Shown here: positions 51,854 through 61,848 of the stretch, piece by piece
How the letters are laid out: every line of letters starts with the position of its first letter
How positions within the stretch are numbered: position 1 is the stretch's first letter
Assembly (NCBI GenBank): GCA_030704615.1
Contig: CM060732.1
Location: forward strand, 41,292,001-41,356,000
DNA: 64,000 bases
Origin: Takakia lepidozioides
Taxonomy: Eukaryota > Plantae > Bryophyta
Reading direction: 5' to 3'
Notes under the pieces: model-generated
What the model was told of the DNA's origin: nothing
The model's database searches: none
The model's input: the letters and a program-made list of their open reading frames with translations, nothing else
Position numbers and translations under genes: made by a program

Positions 51854-53586
51854 ATGCTGCCAAGGGTCTTGTATGGCCAGACGGCTGCCCCACAGATCTT
51901 CGCGCAACGAAGCTTCTCGGGCAAGCATCATCTCCGCAGGAACTCCGAGGTATGGTCAATAAGAGGTCCAGGCGCTTGTCCATGTATACTACAATTGAAC
52001 AACCTTGACTAAAATATCTGGATCTGGGGATCTTCTTCAGCAGTGTTGGTTGATCTCTATGCTATTGCACAGGTTTTCAATTGTCAAGCTCCACCCACAA
52101 GCAGGACCAGCCCGGCTTTGCTTGCTTCTGGCAGGTGGGTGCAAACAAGTCCTTCTGTGCTGCAGATGTCCTACAGACCTCATACGGAGACCGGTCACCA
52201 AGAGATTGACTGGATACACTCCTTGGAGCTAAATGGCGCAAGACAATTGGCATCAGACCATCCCCCTAAAATTCTGGTGCTCTATGGCTCTCTCCGAGCA
52301 CGCTCATACTCAAGGCTTCTGGCATATGAGTTTGCCCGCATTCTTGACTTCCTGCGGGCAGAGGTGCGGGTGTTCAACCCCACTGGTCTGCCACTTAAGG
52401 ATGAGGCATCAGAGAATCATGAGAAAGTGGTGGAGCTACGAAACCTAAGCACGTGGTCGGAGGCACAAGTATGGTGCTGCCCTGAGCAGCACGGGACCAT
52501 CACGGGGGTGTTCAAGAATCAGATCGACTGGATCCCCCTGTCGTTGGGCTCAGTGCGGCCCACACAAGGCCGTGTGTTGGCTGTTGCACAGGTAAAAACC
52601 CTCATCAAGTCATGCAGCCTGCAGTGTTCAGCACATGCGATGCTTGCAATTTCAGTTAGCATGGATAAGCAAATTTTATGTGACATGTCATTGCAGCTGT
52701 CGGACTGCACAATAGCACGAGCAAAAAATCTTGCTGCCCCTGTCGAAGTCTCTGATAGACTTGTGTCATCATTGTGACAGCATAGTGCTGTCTACTGCAA
52801 TACTGTCCGTGCTTGCTCAAGTCAAGTTTTTAAAAGTTGTATATTTGTACCATGCCATTGCATAGCATCTCGAGTTGAAACAGCAGCACAATGTCACATG
52901 TGTGCCACAGTGGTGAACTATCACATGATCAAATTACAACGCGCATCCTGCAGTTTTGCATCCAACAGCGCATATGACAAGGAGGTAGTCATGTAGCTCT
53001 CTCTATGTTGCACGCATTGATTCTAACCCTCGGAGGAGATCTGTGGGGTCAATTCCAGTGGTCTCCTGTCATGCAACACAAGCGGATGCTTCTCACACAA
53101 GCATCTAACGAGGCAAAAGTTTTCATCATTTTGCAGTGGGTGGCATCAGACTGCCCATGCTGAAGCGGATTCAATGGTTGGTTTCAGTGTTCCAGCATTG
53201 TGGACAGCTTTGAGACTGAATCATGAGTGTCATTTTCATGTCTGCTACCTACGCAAAGTCCTGACACTGACCCACAATCTGTGCAGGTGAATGGGGGGTC
53301 GCAGTCTTTCAATGTGGTGAACCATTTGAGAACTTTGGGCAGATGGATGCGCATGGTCACAATACCAAATCAGTCTTCGGTGCCTAAGGCTTGGACTGAG
53401 TTTGATGGCAACGGGCGCATGAAGGCTAGCAGCTACCGTGGGCGTGTGGTGGATGTGGCAGAGGAGCTGTACAAGTTCACTGTCTTGCTAAGGGGTCATT
53501 CGCAGTTTCTGGTGGACCGCTTCAGCGAGCGGGGCGAGGTCCAAAAACATGGCCGCCTGCTGTCTCAGGCTGATAAGATAAGCTAG
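51854..53586 (+). CDS. arsH: ArsH-family NADPH-dependent FMN oxidoreductase (organoarsenical oxidase) with N-terminal extension, 3 exons
   Basis: Exons 51854-51949, 52073-52591, 53287-53586 (phase 0, GT-AG). [82 protein letters not shown]. Exon 1 is less certain than the core. Confidence 0.92.
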
Positions 53587-53828
53587 AGTGACTGAACCCC
53601 TGGTGTACGGTAGAAGCATCACCACTTTGGAATGTGCTGGAGGATTTTTAGGCTGGGTGCACCACGATTGGTTAATAAACTAGGAATGAAATGAACCATC
53701 TGGCTTTTGTTTTAATTTAAATTTATCCTAGGTAGATGGCCCGGCTCACGTGTAAAACTCCTCATGAGGTTATTTTTTCCTTGCTCCAATATGATTTGGA
53801 GGCTCCATCCCTCCACTTCTTTCATTCG

Positions 53829-55409
53829 TTTTTTTTTTAAAGAAAAGGGGAGGAAGTTCTTTAAATCACATTAAGAATTCATGGAAAACATAATATTGAG
53901 AGGAGGCCATGAAGGCTTACATCACATAGTGATTGGGTAATACCCAGTACCAGTCCACCTAGGGGGAAGCTCTATTAAGGCTGGGTTTCACTGTTCTGAA
54001 AGAATTTCAGAACAAGCTATGAAAGACTGCCATATAAGAGATGGGGGGGGGAACCAGGAGCAGAGGGCTTTGGGTTTCCAGCAGGGGGGAGATCAGCCCA
54101 CCAGTGAAAGTGCAGCAATATGAGGAACCAAAAATGGGAGTCCAGCAGCCAAAGTCCTGAACTAAATGAACCCCAGGAAGGGAGTAGACAAACAACTCTG
54201 CAACAAAAGAGGGATAACAACATGTCACAGCCTAGCTAATGCTAAGGGAACTACAGCCCAACTACCAGCACCTGTGGAACCAACAAAAGAATTGTCAAAG
54301 TGCCTGAGGGAGGCACCAGACTATCTAATGTCTCCTACAAAGGGACTGGAAGTTGAGGTGAGCCTTGACTTTGGAGTCCCTATTCTTTCGGTGGCGCCAA
54401 TTGATTTCTTCCAATTCATCTCTGTCTGCTGGGGAAGGCCACGGGCTGAGAGAGTCGTTAGTCATCAGGTGGTCTATTGTCCCAACTGGGACAATTTCCA
54501 TTCCAGGAGCAGAGGATGCCTCGAAGGGCCCACGTGCTGTCAAAGGCACTGAGTAAGGCGACGGGCTGGTCTTCAGCACATCTGCGCAGAGCTTTGACCA
54601 ACAAATCCCGCAATTTTCGGCCTTGCACAGTCAGTTCAAAGTGTAGCCGAGCAAGAGTGGCAAAAGGGCAGGGGGTTTTACCATCATACATCCACAGTTG
54701 ACAAGATAGCCAAGGGACCCCATTTGAAACATTAAGGAGAATAGATTGGTCAAAGAGATCAAGGGATTTCCATGGGAGAAAGAAAGACCGAATGTTCCTC
54801 CAAACCTGCCGAGCAAAGCTGCAAGACAAAAGACTGTGTTCCAGAGACTCAGGCAGCTGAGAGTTGCACAGAGTGCAGATATCCAGTGGGACAACCTGCA
54901 AACTACCAGCGATGAGAGAGCCTCCATAAAAAAGCACTGAGTTTCGCCGCGTGATTCGTATGTCAGATGTCAGACCAGATAATAGGCCAAGTGCCCCTAG
55001 GAAGAGACAAATGGGCCCATTTAACGCCCATCTTAGCTTCCATGGAGTATTGAGGTAGCAGCAGATTGTAACCTATTTTGGCATTAAGTGGCGGGCTTAT
55101 CTTTGTACCAGTCAGCAGGGTCCCAGGGGAGTTGAGAAACGAGCAATTTGAGGAGCCAGAGGAAGGGCAGCGCGGCACCCATTGAGCAAGAGAACCAGAG
55201 CCCAGAGGTGAAGGGGTCAGTTTACTTGAGGAGCAATCTACCACCCTGATAAGGAAGAGACACTTGGAGTGAGTAGACATAAGACCAATAGGGGAAAGAG
55301 CTCCAGACCTTGCGGCAGAGAAGCCAAGGCCAGAGGCAATTGAATCCTTAAGGTGGGAAACAAAAATAACATCACAGGGGATACCACCCAAGCAGCCCCG
55401 CCAGGAAAC
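53829..55409 (-). mobile_element. 5'-truncated L1-type LINE fragment with poly(A) tail
   Basis: Minus-strand zinc-finger motif ICTLCNSQLPESLEHSLLSCSFARQVW (zf-RVT-like), frameshifted flanking ORFs, and a T10 tract at 53829-53838. Confidence 0.75.
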
Positions 55410-57623
55410 AGTAGCATTGTATATTTGTGTTGTGAACCCTGGCAGGTTGCTTTTTCCCTTCTAGTGTGAGTAGGTAAGAGTCTGTGTCTGTCCTGGGAGG
55501 CAGAATTTTATAGATCATCTCCTCTGTTGCAATAAAGGGGTCTTAAGTTCTGTAACTTGACACATGGAATGAATTCTGGAATTGCAAGTGTACTACAGCA
55601 TCTATTGGATCTAGCAGGTTGGCTCTCAAAGTTATCTGGCTGTTGGGATGATTACTGCAGGCCTTGAGGGAGGTGCATCGACTCGACGTCTTGTGGTCTC
55701 CTACACAGCTGCTTCAACCAGACACGAAAACAGGGTAATCTCTTGGGTAATCAAGTTTACCAAGGACCCGACTGAGAGCATTGACTTATGAAAGGCAATC
55801 AGGGCTGGACGATCTGATTTGTCTTGCACCAATACATTGACATCAGAGCTCCGGTTATCACACAAGAGGGGAAAGACAGTGGGAGGGATGTGGAGCTGTG
55901 TGGTAGGCTTGGGAAGATTTGGAAGGGACTATCTTCCAGTGGCGCTCTCCTGGAAATCCAAGCAGAATGTCTCCTTTAGGGATGGAAGTTGTCTATCCAC
56001 CAGCCCCTTGTGTGAAGTGACCCTGTCATTTGCAGCAGTGCTTTTCGTCCAGCAGACTGAACGGTGAAGCCTCTGCCTCTTGTGTGGTACAAGGATTTGA
56101 CTTGGAAGTCTATGTCCGACCATGGCATCGAATCAATTTTCCACTACTGACTTGCAGCTGGTGTGGTAGGGCTGTGAGCCAGTCCTTTGCTGTGGATTTG
56201 ACTTGCAAGCAGACTCACTAGGAGTGGGTGTGATGCTGGAGTAGGTCTCGAGACCATAGACCTGGGATGACTGATCCTAGGAAAAGTGAGTTTCACTCCT
56301 ACTCTTTCCTTTATAGCGCACAGAAACTCGGGTTCTACCGGTCCTTCTCTCCCAACTCCATCTGCATTGCGATAAGATGACAAGCTGTAAAATTGGTTTG
56401 CGCAGTAGTCTTACAGTGATTTGGAGTGTTGAGGGGAGGTTGGAGTTCTCTGCGTCTTGAGGGCTGGCCAACATCTTGGCCGATTTTTTGCATCACGCCT
56501 GGAGCACGAACAGATACTGAATACAAGGATACATTTGGTCATGTTTATGAGCATTGTATAACAATCGAGATCCACTGTCAGGAGCTGACGAAGTCAGTGA
56601 GAAGGTTGTTGCCGAGATAGCACACTTTTATTTGGTTACCTTCCAAATGTGGTGATATTCAAATGGTAAGGACGCATCGTATAGAGTCCAACATTTTGGA
56701 GAAGTATGTTTGGCTAAGTATGGTACCACCATAAGCCAGTTCTACAGGTTTTTGGGTCTTGGCAGCTCTTGAGGAGTTGTCGTCTTTCAAATGTTCGTGT
56801 TATTTAAGTGGATTTGAGATACAGGGTATGAATGTGTACACCAAAGGCTGAAATGCCATTATACAAATGGGTAAGGAGATCAGTTCGTATTTTCTTCAAA
56901 GGGGATGAGTCCAAATGATCAACAAGAGACTTGTTATGTTCAAATTGGGAGCTTTTTTCAACGCACTTGTCATGTCTCTCTCTCCCTCCCTCGTCTCTTT
57001 CTTCCTCTCTGTTGAACTGTCGTTGATTTAGTACGAAAAACTGTCTTGGCTACGTCGTCAGTACATCTACCTCTGTTTGGAACTGAAGGAAAGATTCCAA
57101 TCTAAGAATCTAACATACTACTGGCAGACGAACATGAACGAAGTTGTGGCTATGGATATGGATATGTGGTCGATGCTTATTTATGTGTTGCTGTGTCTAA
57201 AGATGTCTTGACAGGTTGTATTACTGATCAGCAATGTTCAAAGCTATTTCATCGTGCACTTTGTAAGTACATCTGCACATAATCTTGTCTTTGTCGCCTC
57301 CAATACATTCTGAATTCCATGAACTTCTTTTCCTGAAATTTTGGAGGCAGTTCACAACTGAAGCAACATGCTGCTCACTCTCTTGACTGTCCTATCCCCA
57401 GGACTGGAACTGAAGACATGGAAGAAATCCCCAGAGGTAAAAACCCAATCCGCCACATCCTGGGAACTCTACTGTCCCCAGGACTGGAGCTGAACAATGA
57501 GGTGTTCCCTTTTCGTGACATAGTCAGATGCGAATTGCTCCGTGTTACAAAGGGCAGGGCCAAAGACAACTGAGAGAAGCAAGATACGAAATTCCCAGTG
57601 AAGCCCCCTTGTTCCCGAAGGTG
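55410..57623 (+). repeat. Segmental direct repeat, copy B
   Basis: Homologous to 49496-51655, with an extra ~85 bp near 57395-57480 bounded by CCCCAGGACTGGA repeats. Confidence 0.95.
55661..55738 (+). pseudogene. Duplicate terminal exon of the LHW gene (orphan or alternative last exon)
   Basis: Intact CTGCAG acceptor, open frame ALREVHRLDVLWSPTQLLQPDTKTG* versus ALKEVHRLDVLWSLTQLLHPDTKMG* at 49755-49832. Confidence 0.8.
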
Positions 57624-57871
57624 TTCCCATCATAAAGAGAGGAGGGGAGGCTATGTGGGGTTGCAAGTTGCAAGCTCTATCTGGCACATGAAGCGTTTTT
57701 ATGGGAGGCACCGACCTCGGAATCGCTAGAGCGCGACCTGCACCTTGTGTTAGGATGTGGGGGATCGGGTTTTATCTCTGGGATCTTGGACACAAGAGGG
57801 CGGGGATTGATTGGGTTCATGGGTGAAGGAGGGTCTTTTCTGTTTGCAGCAATCCTGCCGAGAAGAGCAGG

Positions 57872-58324
57872 ATGTCGTTCCTATTTGAGAAGAGTGCTAC
57901 ATGGCGGTGGATTGTGTCCTCAAGTCGGTCGTCCAAGACCTTCTACGTTGCGTTTGCCAGCATATGTGTGCTCGGTCCTCTGATGCTGGGACAAGCAGTG
58001 ATGAGCACCACCAACCGCTCCCAGCCAAAGCTCAACCGTGACCTCCTCCAGCGGGGCAGGGACGATTCTGTCGCGATGGGGAGGGTGAACAAGGAGAGGC
58101 TGCAGCAGCTGCTAGGAGAGATAGAGCGCAAGGAGAACATTGAGGATCGCTATGCCGCTGCATTGCGGGGCGAGACCCTCACAGGCACTCCTGATGCACG
58201 CATCCGAGGGGGCGGAGGGACATCTTTGCCGTCATTGCCATTGCCCCAAGAAAAGTGGCCTTCCAATTCAAGACATGGATCTAGTGTCGAAGAGAGCTCA
58301 CTGCCTGCAACGTCAAGCTCCTAA
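57872..58324 (+). CDS. Small uncharacterised plant protein with one predicted transmembrane segment
   Basis: 150 aa ORF. EKS..WRW.V...R.SK.F...FA..C...P...G..VM..TN and MG.VNKERL...LGE..RKE...DRY.AALRGETLT resemble a conserved green-plant family (from recall, not searched). Confidence 0.75.
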   Translation: MSFLFEKSATWRWIVSSSRSSKTFYVAFASICVLGPLMLGQAVMSTTNRSQPKLNRDLLQRGRDDSVAMGRVNKERLQQLLGEIERKENIEDRYAAALRGETLTGTPDARIRGGGGTSLPSLPLPQEKWPSNSRHGSSVEESSLPATSSS

Positions 58325-59131
58325 GGTTGTTGTGCTATGTCTTAGAGAAACCTTCTTGTGAAAACCCTACCTTAGAACATACGGTGATGTGATTTGTTCT
58401 TGAGTCTGTCTCCTTCACCAGTAGCCCCGTGCTGCTCTCTTATCAATCAATCTCTCCCCCTTCCCACTTTCTCTCTCTCCTATTGAGAGCGGATTCTAAG
58501 GCCAACTATGCTCTCTCTATCTCTCTCTGACTCTCTCTCTCTCTCTCATTGTATTGAGGACATCTGCACTTGGTGAGACACTGACAGTTACGATTACTCT
58601 GACTTGTTTCAATGCGGAAAGCAAATTACAGTCTGTATTGTCAAGAGATTGTGCCATACAAGCGCTTGTATCTGTCGTCCCCAACCCAGAACAAGTAGAA
58701 CCCTTTACTTACAGGATTTAGGTTAGTTGGCCAGCAACTTCGAATCATATGAGGCAGGTTGCCAAAGGTCGCCCTCCTGTTCAATAAAGAGGCTTACATG
58801 TGACTTATGTATTAGGCCTGAGGGCATGAAGACTTTTACTGTTACTGGCATGGGCGTGATTACATACTCTATAACTTGCTGGGTATGATAGGCTGGTAAC
58901 GATTCTGAGAGGTTGCAGTTCTGTATCTGTTTCTGATACTTTACAAACACAACTCCTATCATTGCATCACAAAATCCCTCACCAGAGGGGAAGAAGAGGT
59001 AGCACATGTCTCATTCTGAATCAAAGTTGGCCATGGTACCATGAACCTGCAGATTTCAAAACATCGAGTATCGCATCCCTTGAAATGGTGACCTTTGAAT
59101 GTCCTCCTGACATCATTCACGGGAAGAATGG

Positions 59132-59167
59132 GAGGGACAAGAGGGACAAGAGGGACAAGAGGGACAA
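59132..59167. repeat. 9-bp tandem repeat (GAGGGACAA)x4
   Basis: Four perfect units read directly from the sequence. Confidence 0.95.
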
Positions 59168-61099
59168 GTCTTGAGGCCACCCTCTCTCTGACAATTCAAT
59201 ATGTGGCAAAAAAAAAAAAAAAAACGTGTATCCCCAGTTCCCCAAAAAATTAAACTAGCAAATGTGGCTATTGCATGCCGGCCCACGTGGAGTGCATGCC
59301 ATAGTAGATGATGGGGGAAGGTTCTAGTAGTTGCCCAAAGGTGGGCCACGTCAGCATGACATGTCAAACGGGGCCCTTTGCTGTGTGTGCGCCGAGTGTA
59401 TTGCAGTGCATGGCTGTGGAAGTGTTGTGCAAGGAGGATTGGAGTGTGAGGTGGTGGTGCAGGGGAGATGGCCATGGGGCGGCCTGCGCGATGTGCTGCC
59501 CGGATTCTTCATCGCGCACCTGCTTCTCTTGGGAGCTCTCCGAGCCAGCGATCTTCGGCTCGCACCTTCGCATCAGATAACGGAACTGTGAGGCGATTGG
59601 TCTGAATTGGGTATTGGATGGTGGATGGGTCGTAGAGTCAGAGTGATAGGAATTATGACATAAGAGACGAGTGACGTTGCATCAAGGATGATCGCCTATT
59701 CTTGGACGTTGTAGAGGTTGTTTGTTACGAAGTTTCTACTTAGCTTGGCCTTCTCATGGGTTGTGCACAAAAATCGATAGATATCATCATACATGTATGC
59801 ATTGGAGTTTTTGCTAGCCCGTCTGTGTTCCTTGGGCGTGATTTTTGACGGAGACAATGGGCCCCAGGTGTAAGGCGATGGAAGGCTTGGCCTCAGCCCA
59901 CTAACATCAGACCACTGCGCTAGCCTTAATTGTACACAATGAGCGATCCGGCTGTGGGCTTTCTCGCTTGTCCAAATTTCAGTTTAGTATAGAAAGAAGT
60001 GCGCCCGAAATTTCAATCCAGACTTTCGTTCATAGTACTCATGCGGCTGGTATAGAGAATTAAGGAGCTTTGGTGTCAATTGGAACCCCTATATGCTTCT
60101 CATTCTTCATGGTGACGTTTCCCAGTTCGTGAACATTCTGAACATTCTGTCTGGAGGGTTTGGTGTGAAAGATTTGGTGCTACATTATGGTGCACAAGTG
60201 GTCTCTTTGTTGTCCAATGTTGCGGAGCTGACTTTCCACGTACGCGGCTGTTCTTCTTGGTTAGGGCAATGTTCATGATGATGAAGGGTGTGCCTCAACA
60301 TGACAGGACTGGCGGGGCTCTACAACCATCATCGTGCATATGCTTCCGCTATTTTCGCCTTCGGATTGTGCTAACGAGGTCCTTTTTAACAAAGAAATCT
60401 GGAAAAAATGCATGCAACATGGGCGTTTAGGGTTTGTGGTGTGTGGACGGGACGTTGTGCCGATTGTGTTCCGAAGACTCTTTGGAATGCAACAGCCCCT
60501 GAATCTAGGCTTATGCTACGAATTAGGGCTTTAGTAAACCTTTTAGGTATGGTTGTATGTCATAAATATGCAAAATGCCTTACCTATCCCCTATATTGTC
60601 ATCCTCTTAACCCCTTCGTGCCGCGACCCTCTTCGTACTGCACAGTAAACCATGGATAACATGATAATGAAATTCGCGAAAGCATATGCACATGGGGGCG
60701 TGTGTACATTGCAGAATTTATATCACGACATGTCTGTCAACTGCGGATCGGGTCAACGAAACAGGATAGAGTTGGAAGGTCCTCAAACATCCACATCATA
60801 TCTCAGTCACTACCGTCGCCTTGCAAATTGGACAATGTGCCGATGACAATGAGACGTAGCCTGAGACATGTGGATTGAGCTTGCTTGTGGATATTTAAGG
60901 TCCTTACGACTGCAAATGCTTGTGGATCAACATGCTCTTGGACCGTGTCTTTGTTAGTATTTTCACTAATACTAATCAGTCTGTTGTGCCATGAGTCTAG
61001 ACATATGTAAGTTTGGTGGACATATGAAATGCAACAACAGCAGAAACGCAACGTGCCAAGCACCGTCAACAGTCTCGTCACCGTATATCAGGTTGTTGG

Positions 61100-61848
61100 A
61101 GTGTCGGTTAGTGGGTCTTTTGGGATATCAGTCTGCTAGTCTGGTGGACTGTTGGTCTCTTGGGATATCAGTCTGTTATGGTGCGAGTCTGTTTGTCACA
61201 GGACTACTGGGCCGTCACTACCTTCCGAATTCTATTTTTATGCGAAGTCTCTTATCTCGTCAATCTGTTGAGCCATCAGTCTGGTGGAAGTCCGTCTCTT
61301 GGGATATGCACTGTTACTTTACTAGTCAATTGCGCCGCGAGTCCGTTCGCAGTGGGTCTGTTGGGCAGTCGAGTTCTCTTCTATCATCTGGACCGCCCTT
61401 TTATTCACATTGTTTTTCCCGTGAGTCTGCTGAGCCGTCGGTCTCTTGGGATATCGGTCAGCTAAACTGTCATGAAATCAGCCTGTTGTAGCGCAAGTCT
61501 CTTTGCAGTGGGTCTGTTGGGCCGTCATTGTGATGACGTGTAAGTCTGCTGGACCGATTAAATGCAACGACGGCGGCAAGGGGCGCCAGTAATCTCGCAC
61601 CACATCCTCAGCCCGTTGGAAAGTCCGGTTTTCGCTTCAGTCTCTTTGTGTCTATTCACCCGTCCGTTTAATGGACAGTTTGTCTCTTGGGATATCAGTC
61701 TGTTCGAAATCAAGCTATTGTAGCGCAAGTCTGGTTGCAATGGGTCTGTCGGGCCGTCGTTGTCATCACGTGTAAGTTTGCTGGACCTATTAAATGCAAC
61801 TACGTGGCAAGGAGGCGCCAGTGAATCAGGCCTGCACGTCCTCAGTCC
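61100..61848. repeat. Complex diverged repeat array built on GTCTCTTGGGATATC(A/G)GTC, ending in two ~170-240 bp units
   Basis: Core motif at ~61115, 61155, 61294, 61441 and 61682. 61441-61613 aligns with 61682-61848. Confidence 0.8.

Noticed and set aside
6591-53586. Phosphate/arsenic functional cluster (PAP, phospholipase, arsH)
   Set aside because: The genes are tens of kb apart and separated by unrelated housekeeping genes, with no shared regulatory signal seen.
51854-53586. arsH as bacterial contamination
   Set aside because: It has phase-consistent spliceosomal introns and is embedded between duplicated plant gene sequence.
59180-60850. Helitron or DNA-transposon body
   Set aside because: Looks TE-like, but no TIR/TSD pair, Helitron termini or protein motif could be established.
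61100-61848. CRISPR-like array
   Set aside because: Spacing is irregular, the spacers are homologous to each other, there are no cas genes, and the context is eukaryotic.
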